A stretch of 64,000 nucleotides of DNA, taken from contig OZ024740.1 in NCBI GenBank assembly GCA_964016885.1, positions 411,432,001 through 411,496,000 of the forward strand. The letters run 5' to 3'. Positions 35,776 through 47,919 of this stretch are shown here, piece after piece. The notes under the pieces were generated by a model. It was given only the letters and a program-made list of their open reading frames with translations, was not told the origin of the DNA and made no database searches. Each line of letters starts with the position of its first letter. Positions within the stretch are counted from its first letter, which is position 1. This DNA comes from Eledone cirrhosa. Its lineage: Eukaryota. The position numbers were made by a program, and so were the translations under genes.

Positions 35776-37992
35776 TTAACAAATAATAGTTAAATGCAGT
35801 CCACTTAGGTGAAGTCCAGTTATGGTATTCCAGGTAGTGGATGATATTAACGCTTGGCTTGGTTTGACTCAACAAGGCGTTTTCATAGTGATGCTGCAGG
35901 TATGCTGTAATTCCTATATTGTAAACACTTGGAGTAATAATAATTTAAAGCTATGTTATGTTGGTTCGATTCACAGAGGTTTGAATCTTATGAATTTAGT
36001 GGCTATTCTATGTCTGCAGATGATAGATCTTTCTAACTTATTATTAAGTAGCCTTTTAACATTTCTAAGGATATACAATAGCTCAAGATCACACAGCCCG
36101 CAATAGGACATCCCTGTACTATAGGTTTTAGCAGCCGACAACTTCGACCAGTTGATACTGTAGTTAGTGTTGCTGTCCTTCAATTCCCATATTTTTCTGG
36201 CGAGGGTGGTGGAACCCATAAGTGCACGGTTTTTCATTGAGTGCCTGTGCACATACCATCTTTTCTTAAAAGAACTCGCGGTGGATCCTATGTAATTCCA
36301 GGTGGAGTTACCCGAGATGACAGTGCACATGTACACCAGGCTCGAATCGAGACATCTGTTCGCCAATGGGCACCTATCTGGGAGGTGACAGTTACAGTTT
36401 GAGGTGCTATTTTGTGCAGCTTTTACATTCCTGTTTAGTACTCTGTTATAAGTGGGTTGTGATATATGCCCAATGGGGTTTTGCTGCTGCGCGTTTCTAT
36501 GCGCTTGTGGTTGTGATGTTGTGATGAGTTTGTGCTTATGTATAGGTGCAATTGATTTACTAGAGATATTTCTGTGGTTGATCTTGCGTATGTGTGATTC
36601 TATGTTAGCTGCTGTTGAGAATGAGAGTTTAATAGTAGATCTATTGAGTATTTTGTGATGTCTATGCGAGATAGGGAAGTGTTTATCTATTAGTTTAAAG
36701 AATGTAGAGGGCAGTCTAGTTTTTATAGAGGAGTTGAATATTGGGTTGAACCATAGGTATTTTCTTTGTCTGTTTCTTCTATTGTTTCTTGGGTTTACGT
36801 TATTAGTGTTTTGGCCGTTTACTCCAGGTGTTACATGTCTAACCCTATGTCTAGTCAAGCTATTCCTATTATTATGTGAGCGGTTGGAGTAGTAATTACT
36901 AGGATTGTTTATGTTGTCCTTATTCACTATATACTGTAGTTTATCTTTATGACCGGCCCTACTTAATGCTGCATTATAATAGTCAGCATGCTCGTTAAAG
37001 ATTTCTAGGTTTGAGGATAAGCGGGATATTCGGAGGGATATACTACGTGCTATGGATTTAATTATGGATTTGGGGTGATTTGAGTTGTAACTAATGTAGG
37101 CAAGATTTTCATTATTTTTGTGGAAAGGTTCTATTAATCCAGTATTTAGATTTAGAGTTACATCTAGAAAATTTACCTTCTTATGGTTTAGTTCGTAGGT
37201 AATACTTAGGCCTAGTTTTTTGAAGAATATTCTAATATTTTTCCTTAGTCTTTCCATTATCTGGTTGTTTAGGTTCCTAGCTATAAGTAACGTGTCGTCC
37301 CTATAAATTCCTCCTTGGAGGTTACTGAATTCCTTATGTAGGTCGTGTGCTATGAATAGCCCCACGATATCTGTAATTTGCGCAGAATCATTTGATCCCA
37401 TTGTTATATCGAAGCTATTTATTCTATCCTTTCTTACCCAGTAGTTATTTTCAAATTTTATGATAGTCCTTCTAGCCGCTATTATTATTTCAATTTCATC
37501 ATGGGTAAGATCAGAGTTATTTTGGGCAAATATAAGCGCCTTATCTAGGGTAGCTGGGGATATGGATGCATAATAGTCGTCTATATCAAATTGTATGAAG
37601 TTACACGTCTCCCTATTTTGTATTTTATTGAACCATTTAATTGCCTCGTTAGTGTTGCCCCATAAATTGATTTCTAGTTTACCCTTTATTTGTGCGATTA
37701 CCCTATCTAGAATGTTTTTGCTAATTTTACCTATGTCTGACTTGGATGGGCATATTAATCTAATGGTGGGATTAGTTTCAAAGTTATTTTTGTGATCTTT
37801 CAGGTTAAATGTAGGGTTGCACGGGGTAAGCGGTTCGGTCCTATCTGAAATTCCGAGTTTATTAACTATCTTGAGGCCCTCCATGTTAATGCTGGTGAGT
37901 GTAGATTCATTTGTTTTTTTATATTTTTTATGTAGTTCACGCTGAATAAAGTTATTGTATGTGTTAATGTCCATAGAGTATACGTTTGATAT
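35770..37992 (-). mobile_element. Penelope-like element (Naiad-type) inserted in (TA)n
   Basis: The ORF above plus a ~200-bp 3' region ending in (TA)n at 35694-35769. The 5' end is truncated at a short atatatat. Confidence 0.82.
35971..37974 (-). CDS. Penelope-like element RT + GIY-YIG endonuclease (Naiad-type), 5'-truncated but uninterrupted
   Basis: RT motifs: LKDHK..F..NPTIRLICP, FDIDDYYASI, TMGSNDSA, YRDD, FLDVTLNL. Linker CNCHLPDRCPLANRC (CxCx5Cx5C). Endonuclease: VY...YIGST...FKKRW..H, CGLCDLE, CRH. Confidence 0.88.
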   Translation of the reverse strand: MDINTYNNFIQRELHKKYKKTNESTLTSINMEGLKIVNKLGISDRTEPLTPCNPTFNLKDHKNNFETNPTIRLICPSKSDIGKISKNILDRVIAQIKGKLEINLWGNTNEAIKWFNKIQNRETCNFIQFDIDDYYASISPATLDKALIFAQNNSDLTHDEIEIIIAARRTIIKFENNYWVRKDRINSFDITMGSNDSAQITDIVGLFIAHDLHKEFSNLQGGIYRDDTLLIARNLNNQIMERLRKNIRIFFKKLGLSITYELNHKKVNFLDVTLNLNTGLIEPFHKNNENLAYISYNSNHPKSIIKSIARSISLRISRLSSNLEIFNEHADYYNAALSRAGHKDKLQYIVNKDNINNPSNYYSNRSHNNRNSLTRHRVRHVTPGVNGQNTNNVNPRNNRRNRQRKYLWFNPIFNSSIKTRLPSTFFKLIDKHFPISHRHHKILNRSTIKLSFSTAANIESHIRKINHRNISSKSIAPIHKHKLITTSQPQAHRNAQQQNPIGHISQPTYNRVLNRNVKAAQNSTSNCNCHLPDRCPLANRCLDSSLVYMCTVISGNSTWNYIGSTASSFKKRWYVHRHSMKNRALMGSTTLARKIWELKDSNTNYSINWSKLSAAKTYSTGMSYCGLCDLELLYILRNVKRLLNNKLERSIICRHRIATKFIRFKPL

Positions 37993-38657
37993 ATATTCAT
38001 TAAGTATACTATATCCTTCACAAGTCTATACCACACAATTGTCTGTAAGTACCTCATCTACCAACAATCTTACTCCTTCTCAGCTGCTGCCATCATTTGA
38101 TCCTAAATCCTAGTTTTTCTCATTTCACTACTACAATGTTACTTTACCTTCTTTTTGCCTTAATTACAATTAGCACGCTTTTCTCTTTGCATGTATGTAT
38201 ATTTTTGTACGAGTGTATATTGATGTGTATGTATGTGTCTATGTACACATGCATGTGTATATATGTGTATATATATTTATATATATGTGTGTGTGTGTGT
38301 GTATGTGTATGTGTGTGTGTGTGTGTGTGCGTAAATATATGCGTATATTAATTCGTTAACCTCAGTATTAACTCTACAACTATTTAGCTTTGACAGTGGT
38401 CCCACTCATGTATACTGTTGAAGATGAAAAGAAAGACTGTACAAACTAGCTTATCTTTATAATTTAAAATTGATATACACTACGATACTCTGTACATGTC
38501 AACGCTTCATTTTGCCTTATGACAGCTAGTTTTCACGCCGTAACATTAGATACATTATATACCCCCCACCTAAGTAATGTCAGGGTCTCCTTAAATAATT
38601 TATTGATAGCATTGTTGTAATTGTTGTTATTGTTCTAATTGAATGCCATTACTACTT

Positions 38658-38842
38658 GGGCGGTGGATTGGCAGTATCGGTAGAGAGTCGGACGCCATGC
38701 TTTCCAGCATAGTTACGTCCCTTTACGATCTGAGTTCAAATCCCGCCGAGGTTGACTTTGCCTTTCATCCTTACGGGGTCGATAAAATAAAGTACCAGTA
38801 ATGCACTGGTGAATTGCTGGCCTTGTGCCTAAAATAGAAACA
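38658..38842 (+). mobile_element. SINE, near-consensus
   Basis: A and B boxes present. TSD attactactt at 38648-38657 and 38843-38852. Confidence 0.92.
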
Positions 38843-39070
38843 ATTACTACTTAAGATAGTAGCCTGTATTTTCTTTTCTTTTCTTGCCTGTGTATTTTCT
38901 TCATTCTCGCATGCTCCAAAGATCTGACTGGTTATAATTCTGTATTGGCGATCGAGTAACGCAAAATTAAGCGGATAGCGATCTCTAGACATACCAGTTC
39001 AGTGAAACAAATGTAAGCTCTGTGATTAAAAACTTTTTTGTATAGCAAACCATGTAAACCTTCTTTCCTG

Positions 39071-39131
<61 letters not shown>

Positions 39132-39134
<3 letters not shown>

Positions 39135-42100
39135 CGTTTCTGAATTTGTTTAGCAAGATTCTTTAGCCGAAAACGTGTGTTGAAACCGATATTGTTATAC
39201 TTTGGGAGGGTCATGTTACCAATAAGAAACACACGCACCAGTTGCTTTCACTCCAATTTATTATAAATTAAATTTATAAATTTAAGAATTTATACATCTC
39301 CGGTTGGTTGGTTGGTTGGTCTACGAAAAACAATAACATGTCGATAATTACACTTCATAAATGAATGTGCCTCTTCCCGAGTTTATACCAACACCATCAA
39401 CACCGATGTAAACAGATTACAACTTACCAAAAAGCAAGCAGATAGGCTAAAACGAACACTAATTCTAAACATAAAAAAGAAGATTTACAGAGAATTAAGT
39501 CATAAAGAAAAACATAAGAGTAACCTAATACAAGAAATAACTAAGATCACCACACTAAGGGAAAAATTAATATTTATAAACCTTATATATGACGAAGAAA
39601 AGTACATTGTTCAAGTATGTGACAAACAATTTAACAAGAAATTAAGGTGGCTCAAACAGATGAAACTAGACCAAGAAACTTCACAGAATAAAGATAAATA
39701 TCCAGACAAGATTGACGGTATAAACATGGCCGACATCTCATTAACAGATGAATTCAACAACAACAACACAAATATATACGGCAACACTACAGTCGACTCT
39801 AATGAATTATCGATATTACAGCTACCACCTAAATATGCCACATATAATAAGGTAAATATGATAAAATGCTTGTCAGAAATAGAAAAATCATTTACAAAAT
39901 TACGTTGGAGCCTCAAAAACAAAAACAAAAGTAACAACATACGCACACACACACACACACATACAACACACATCCCAACAACAACAGACACACAGACACA
40001 AACAATGATAACAACAACAACACACACATCAACAATAATAACATACTCAGAAACAACAACAACAGACACACAGACACAAACAACAACAACACACACAACA
40101 ATAATAACACACACGGAGACAACAACAACAACAACACACGCACATTATATGGCTCTCACCACCACAACGATCTTAACAAACACACAGACACAGAAACAGG
40201 TAATGACAGTAACACAGAAGTAAGGGAAGGTAATGAGATTGAGAGGAGAAGGGAGACTATCTATACTGACAGAGAAAATAACCAGAACGAATACACAGAC
40301 ACAAAATAGAGTAGATAATAACAATGAGCCAGAGGAAAGAGACAGGAGTAATAATGAGAGACATAGAAACAACCATGAGGCTGTTGGTAGAAATAGAAAT
40401 AGAAACAACACAACTAACAATAACAATAGCAATAGTACACATAAAGCAGCAGCCTGGAACTCTACTTTTTATAATACTTCCTATATGTCCTTCGACCTAC
40501 GACGAGTCCACGCCACGACTTTAGCTTTTAACAAACGCACGCAATTGCCGTCGCAGGGCGATGAACACACAGAAGCACATTTTAGTATATCTAGATCTAA
40601 ACTTAGAAATATTATAGAACAGTATAGCAAGAAGCAAAATAGAATGGAGGCCCAGCAACAGGGAGAAAAATCTGCAAATGGCTTGCGTAAGCTCATGCAG
40701 CGCTCGCGTAATGGAGAGATTGCATGCTTTCCAACAGACAAGTCTGGCAGAATGTCGGTTGAGAGTCTGTCAAACTACATCCATGCAATGCAACCCCACA
40801 TCACTAACACAGAAGTAACACCACAATAGCATGAGGATAGGGAGAAAACCCCCAAAGCCCATATGATGATGTGGACAAACATAATGCAGCCCAATAAAAG
40901 GACTGCCAACAACTTCCAGGCCTGGAACAATGACGTGCCAGCGTTGTATGGGCTTCGAAAGGACCATAAAAAGAGCAGTGACCCTGTCACAGGACCACCA
41001 ACACGGCCAATCTGTGGAGCTAACAATGCTAGTAACTACAGACTTTCCTACTTCCTCTCCCTGATCATACGCCCCATCATTGAAATATCCCCAGATATAT
41101 GTGACAGCAGGGAGGACCTTCTCAGCAGAATCAGTGAAAGCAACCGATCTAGGGACCTAACAAACTGTATAATAGGTAGTATGGATCTTGTGTCCCTATA
41201 TCCATCCATTGACGTGGATTTTGCTGTGGAGAAATGATCAGTAAGAGCAATGTTGAATTCCGTGGGATTGATACCAGTGAGCTGGGACTCTTACTTAAAC
41301 TTACTTATAGTAATGATTATCTAGATACATATGACCTTAGCAACCTGTGCCCTACAAGACCAGCAAGGGGCAGACCACCTACCATTACCTCAATGGCCAA
41401 GATAACCCACACAGAAAGATGGAACGGGTGGACCAGAGCCATACGGACCCCCGAAAACCACGATGAACTAAAGAAAATGATTGCACATGCGGAGGGGGGG
41501 GGGGGCAGTATAAAATTAACCCTTAAGGTACATATGTTCAAATTTAATGGAAAAACATATGCCCAAGAGGAAGGAGTAGCCATTGGTGTTAGCATTGCAG
41601 GTGACATAGCTAACCTATTCATGGTATGGTGGGACAATAGACTTAAACTTAAAGAACATTTAGAAGACAGCAACCTCTTAACTCTGATAATGTACTCCCG
41701 CTACGTTGATGATATAAACATCGTAGTAAAAACACCCCCACTAGAGAACAATCAGGAATTAGAGAAAAACACCATAGAAAGCATCCAGCAAATAGCTAAC
41801 TCCATCCACCAGTTACTATATACTACCCAAGCAAACACCCCAAACATCGATTACCTGTACTAGACACAGAGCTCTGGTTAGAAACCATTAATAACAAAAG
41901 ACAAATCCTCCATTCCCATTATGCCAAACAACATGACTTCCAAATATCTGATCCACCGAAACTCAGCTGTTTCGAATCACACCAAAATCAACATACTGAT
42001 TGCGGATTTGGTACGGGTGATGAGAAACGTGTCAAGAAACGCATGTGCAACCCCAAAGAACTAGAGAGACACATACAACACTTCATCCACCGTATGCAGT

Positions 42101-42900
42101 TTTCTGGTTACAATCAGAGAGATAAAATCAGAGTATATAGAGGGGCCAAAACCAAATGGGAAAATATGGTAAATAATGATACAAATGGGACCTGCCCCTT
42201 GTATAGGAGCAAATTTTGGAATAGAATAGAAAGAACTAGGAATAAGGTTAATAGAATAAACTCATGGTATGGTAGCAATAAATAGCAGAGTGTAATGTTC
42301 ATCAATACAACCCCTAGAGGTGAATTAGCTTACAAATTTAGAAGGGCCCTAGATAAACATAAACTTAATATTAAGATAACAGAAAGACCAGGTACCTCCA
42401 TAAAACACTTATTAGCAACACATACCCTTTCCAAAGACCTCCCTGTATAGCTAAGAAATGTATAATCTGTAAACTAAGCCCCCATATTAACTGTAAAACT
42501 AAAAATGTAGTATATAGCATAAGATGTACTGAAAGACAATGTAAAGATAAGAATATAGTATACATAGGTGAGACAGCTCGTAGTATAGGAGAACGGTAAA
42601 ATGAACACTGGCGAGAACTTCAAGATAGAAAAGAATCATCTGTACTCCACCAACATGCTAAAATAGAACATAAGGGCAAATTAGAGAACATAGAAATAAA
42701 AATAGAATCTACACACAAAAAGACGCAATGTTTAGACAAATCACAGAGGCAATAAACATAAATGAACTCCAACCAAATTTAAATAGAAAACATGAATGGA
42801 ATAATAACATCACAACTTACAATTAAGGACAAAATGAAAACACACACACACATAGAACAACCAACCAACCAGTAACATGTAAATAAACAAATAAATAAAC
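39132..42900 (+). mobile_element. Decayed Penelope-like element (Neptune-type)
   Basis: Broken frames give FPTDKSGR, LYGLRKDHK...PTRPICGA, GSMDLVSLYPSID, FKFNGKTYAQEEGVAIG, RYVDDI and LPVLDTELW, then a Cys-rich linker CIAKKCIIC..C and NVVYSIRC...YIGETARSIGER (GIY-YIG). The element starts right after (TA)n. Confidence 0.82.
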
Positions 42901-42973
42901 AAATATAAACATATACAGACACTCGGATGTAACACATGCGCAAACTAAGCACACAACACACACAAAAACAAGA

Positions 42974-43115
42974 TGGCGTAGGACGTGCTCCCATGGTCAG
43001 ACGATCCATCTGCTGTCAGCACCCGTTGCGTGGAGGGCTGGGCATGCCGTGGCTGATGATGCGCAAACACGCGCTGAGGCTGCGACGTATCTGGTTCTTC
43101 CTTCACGGTGCAAAA
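42974..43115 (+). pseudogene. Short Tx1 ORF2 fragment
   Basis: Encodes RAPMVRRSICCQHPLRGGLGMPWLMMRKHALRLR. Confidence 0.8.
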
Positions 43116-43121
43116 ATGAGG

Positions 43122-43152
<31 letters not shown>

Positions 43153-43270
43153 ATTTCACTTTTATATGTATGTATAGATATACATACATATACAAACACA
43201 TACGCATATATATATATATATATATATATGCACATATACATATACATATATATAAATATACACATAAAAC

Positions 43271-43492
43271 TATATCTATCTATCTAGGGCGGGTAAAATT
43301 CCCGAGATCCATGGTCGAGTTCTCTCCAACGGTCTCTGTCCCTCATTATCGCTGCCGTGTCCTGCGTCTCCAACAGACCAGTGTCTGTCCTGAGGGCATC
43401 AACATATGTTAACCTTGGTCTTCCTCTTCCAGTGTGTCCATGCAGGGGCTCCCACAGAAGTGTCAACTCTGGATGTCGGTGAGCATGTCCAG
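43271..43492 (-). mobile_element. 3' end of an RTE-clade LINE with (TAGA)n tail
   Basis: GHAHRH..LLWEPLHGHTGRGRPRLTYVDALRTDTGL...MRDRDRWRE, then a stop overlapping tagatagatagata. Confidence 0.72.
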
Positions 43493-44094
43493 TTCGTGAG
43501 TTTTAACAGGCACTCACAAAGAAACGTTTCTCATTGGAGGTGATATTACCAATCTTCTTACCCGTGCAACGCTGGGATACACTGCTAGTCGTCAATATAA
43601 TTCAACATATCACATATAGTATTGTAAGAAATAGTTGATAAATATAGATCGACTTCTATAAATATATATCTTGTCTATATCAGCTGTCCGGCAAGATTAT
43701 TAATGGCTATTCCTGAACAATCGGAGAGAAATTAGACTTAAGGGGAATAACTCTTGCTATTTGTTTCACTAAATAGCAAATTTGAGGGAGGTAACTTCAG
43801 AGATTTTCACAAGTTAAACGTAATCTCTTTCTCCCTGTTTTGTCCTCTCGGTGTTTTTCCGCATCCATCAGACAGTGTGACACGGTATGCACCCACCGAA
43901 CTCACACCTTAGCTTCCATAGAATCGCTATAATTATATATATATATATATACACTTTAAACGAATAACATTTAATTTGTCCAGGTGTATTTTTTCTTAAC
44001 CTGTTAGTTCTTTCGTTACTTTGCTATTGTGTGTTGGATTTTGTCTACCACAATGTTCAATTTGTCAAGCTATTTAAACGTATGTTATTACACT

Positions 44095-44268
44095 TGGCAG
44101 TATCGGTAGAGGGTTGGACGCCATGCTCTCTAGCATAGTTACGTCCCTTTACAATCTGAGTTCAAATCCCGCCGAGGTTTACTTTGCCTTTCATCCTTAC
44201 GGGGTCGATAAAATAAAGTACCAGTAATGTACTGGGTATTTGCTGGCCTTGTGCCTAGAGTAGAAACA
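44095..44268 (+). mobile_element. SINE
   Basis: Consensus match. Imperfect TSD gttattac(a/t)ct. Confidence 0.88.
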
Positions 44269-44404
44269 GTTATTACTCTAAGGATCTACCTTGTTGAGTG
44301 GTTTGCTAACTCATTCATATAGAAGGTCGAATGTGCTTGCACACCGCCAAAGATTCGATTTTACTAAGCATCCAATTATATTATATATATATATATATAT
44401 ATAT

Positions 44405-44597
44405 AGACAGAGTGTCATATAATAATACAAGGACGATTAATTAAGCCTTCATTACGTTTATTGATTGTTGACGCACGTTTCGCTATTGATCACATCGAGG
44501 TTCGATCTGTATCGATCTGGTCCGATTCTGGAATCAGATGCTCGTCGGTCCTCTGCTATAGCGCGAAACGCTAATGAAGGCTTAAAAAATCCTATTA
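44405..44597 (-). repeat. pLTR-like repeat, same family as 4588-4840, between microsatellites
   Basis: aataatacaaggacgatt..ttaagccttcattacgtttattgatt..gacgcacgtttcgctattgatc. Confidence 0.75.
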
Positions 44598-44608
44598 TAC
44601 ACACACAC

Positions 44609-44738
<130 letters not shown>

Positions 44739-46227
44739 TCTGCATTTTCCGAGTGTTATTTGTTTCTAAATTCGTGATTTGTGACGAATTTGAATTATTA
44801 CTTGCAGACCGATTGACGGCGGGGCAAATAATTTCCCTCGTCGTGCAGGGATATTAAGGAATGATTACAAACGTTGCATGCTAATGACGACTCAGTCATT
44901 GCCATTCCTGCACCTCACATCTATACATTACTTCAGCAAACCAGTTGCAATTAAGAACGGCGTGTTTTGACTTGTGCTGTTGATGATAGAAAGGTCTTTT
45001 TGTTACAATATGGTAGGATTGTTTACTCAACAAACAAAATGCATTCCGGTATTTTTTTTTTTGTGTGCTTTTACTGTTCCATAGCAAATCCCTCTGGAAA
45101 TTGCGCGCGTGCATGTGTGTTGGAGGACTTTTACTTTCAGTCTTCCACTGTCGATAAAATACATTTTCAGAACATTATCGAACGAAACAATAATAACTTC
45201 ATTTTGAGTTCCTTCGTGTTCCGGTGAAGTTACAATACGTTTCTGATAATTACTGGAATTAATATAGAGGTCGTAGGAATCTAAAATTCCAAACATAGAA
45301 ATATAGAAGTGGAAAAAGAACCTATAATTAAGTATACCTTTATTTCAAAACACCAGCTTTATCACAAACTGCGTCACCTGGAATCTCTATGAGATTTACA
45401 TTAAGATTATACGTTTTATGAAATACTTACATGTTAATTTCATTAGCAGATCTTGTCGCTGATGGAACACTTGAAATGTTCCTCTTTGAAACCGACGGAG
45501 GTTCATTTCATCATTAATTTATAATTTTAGATACGAAAATCAACATGGCGATATAAAAAGTAAAAAGAAATGTAAGCCCCAGTTGACAATATTTCTGTTA
45601 TCACTTTGAATAAAGACATAATGTTGTTGTTATTGTTAGAGCTCACACCTATGCAGGTTTAGCTGGCCTCCTCCAAGGTATATCTCGTTGGATGTGTCTT
45701 GGGTGTTTTAATGATAGGGACCCTAGTCCTATAATCTAATTTCTACAGCTGCGTAAACTGGAGCAACGTGAAATAAAGTGTCTTGAAAGTTGGAAGATCA
45801 CTGATGAATGACTAATTTATTTATATATATATATATATATATACAGTAATAATAATAAATTTAAAGATTAAAATCCAAAGAGGGCTCGATAAGGATAAAT
45901 ATATATCGAATATATAAGAACCCTAGAGCAAATATTTATTAAAATAACAGATTAAAGTTTAAGCAAAGGATCGCTGCTTTCACCCTTAACGGGATCTTCT
46001 GAAACAAAAAAAAAATCAATCTGTAAACGCAGAAGTAAATATTTCGAAAAACGTTGCAACCGAAGGAAGACAGGAAGACAATACTTTAGTTCGTGGAGAC
46101 GTTCCCTGCCAATGAACGGAGAAAAGCGAACATAATACGTCATTATTTGGAGCATTGAGAACAATTACACGCCAAGATAAAACCACGTGGTTCGTGGAGA
46201 CGTTCCCTGGCATATATATATATATAT

Positions 46228-47318
46228 TAGTTTGGACGAAAAGTTCTCGCAACTCTTCAACTTTTTAGTGAAAATAATCACCATCATTTGCGGTTGCCGT
46301 CTGCCATCGTTTAGCACGGCACATGATTCCGTACCTGTAGAATTATTGTAGCTTTCTTGCAAACAATTTCATCAGCCACCCATTTAACTGCTCTTCTTTT
46401 CGAAAGCCTTTCACTACATTGCTCATTGAGAGAAAAAAATGATAGTATAAAGGTGCTAATTCATGGAGGCGGTGCAGAATCTCCAAACCTAACTTCAGCA
46501 CCTTCTCACGTGTCATGCATCATATATGAGGCCGAACGTTATCATAAAGGGCCAGGGTGTCGGCGCACCTGTGCGATTTTCGTTACTAATCTGTCAGGTT
46601 GTGGATAATAGACATCGGAGGTTACACTGGTGTTTCGTGGGAGTAGCTGGTAGTGGGTAACACCTTTTCAGTCCCATCAGACTCTCAGTAGAGCCATGCA
46701 GATTTGGCTTGACATTGCAGCTCCCTCTCTTTATCAACCAACCAGCTCTGGCACTTGCCAAACAATTTCGTAACCAGTGACAATAGAACGTAACCAGCTG
46801 GCAGAAAATTCGCAGCGGTCGTCCGACATTCAAGATTAGGGGGCACTCATTGGTCCAGCTTGGACACCTTCCCTATTAGATGGAATTGATGAGGATGGTG
46901 TTTTCGGACATTTGACATGATGTCTGGCGTGGTTGGGTATCTAGTAGCTCACGCAGTGGCTCGTCATTAAAGTAGGAATGACATCCTGTGCCAAGTCGAT
47001 CTTCAAGGCTGTAGTTATCGGAACGGAAACGTGCGAACCAGTCGCTGGCAGTGTATGGTGTTAGACCGAAATGCATTGTTAATGCGATGGCTAGATACCG
47101 ATTTGAAGTCATAAAGTAAATAACCATGAATAAACGATTTAGATAGACCCATATTGCTTCCTCTTTGACAGCGTAAGGGAAAACTGGAAAAGCAGATAAT
47201 GTAGACCAACGTCACTTCTTATATAATGTGTGCTTGGAGTAAGCTTCAGCATTTTCAGATGACTTCACCAAAATAGGTCCTTTTGAAAACCGGCGGGGGT
47301 TTTCTGTGCAATCCAATA
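46228..47318 (-). mobile_element. Tc1/mariner transposon relic
   Basis: Decayed transposase motifs: WFARFRSDNYSLED (HTH), KLDQ*VP (WVPHEL-like), KPNLHG, WD*KGVTHYQLLP, and C-terminal RWQTATANDGDYF. Diverged TATT(A/G)G-like termini lie next to TA. Confidence 0.72.
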
Positions 47319-47322
47319 TATA

Positions 47323-47358
<36 letters not shown>

Positions 47359-47919
47359 GAGAGAGTTTAAGCTAATAGAAGCATTAATAGTTCAAAGACG
47401 ACAAATTAGAAGCATCTCATTGTTTCAAATTCTAATGCTTCTAAAAGACAAATCAGAATATTTTATACATTTAAAAGGAATATAAGAAGTAGTGACATTC
47501 ATTTCTTTACTCTGGGTATCGGCACTTATGTAAAGAGAAGTGGCGTCCAAACAATATTTGCTTGCCTGCGGGAGATTACCCTCAACATTACGCAAAAGAA
47601 TTAGAGCGAACATTATATTGATAATATCTTTACAAGTCGCCTACGCGATTAACTTGTTTGTTCGCGGTGTTGTAAAGTATTATCATTTCTTTTCTTTCCT
47701 TGTCTGCAAACTTCCTCATTAGCGACTCAAATATCTTCAGTGTTTTGTCTTCATATGGCTTCATCTTATATGATTAGACAGTATAGTCATGAGTTATTTT
47801 CTTTTACAGTGTGTCATATTGTAGCATATTAATTTACTTGGAACAGTTAGACTATAATTGTTGGTATTTGGAAGAAGTACTTATGTATGTAGTTTATTAT
47901 TAGTAGTATGAATGCGGCC

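Larger units (their letters stand above)
33616..43588 (+). mobile_element. Putative Helitron termini enclosing ~10 kb of nested elements
   Basis: The 5' end A^TCTATACATATATATAAAACTGTAGTTGTCTG is at 33616. The 3' hairpin CCCGTGCAACGCTGGG, 8 nt, then CTAG^T is at 43561-43588. Both match the ends of the Helitron at 7908-8950. That the two ends belong together is inferred. Confidence 0.55.

Noticed and set aside
35840-35890. SECIS-like hairpin in the Naiad 3' region (minus strand ATGAAAACGCCTTG...CAAGCGTTAAT)
   Set aside because: The 3' side reads UAAU rather than NGAN, the apical AA spacing does not fit, and the ORF has no in-frame TGA.
38658-38745. tRNA gene suggested by A and B boxes
   Set aside because: No complete cloverleaf. 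It is the head of a multi-copy SINE with a tail and TSDs.
46090-46209. 19-bp direct repeat ttcgtggagacgttccctg
   Set aside because: A local duplication with no element features between the copies.
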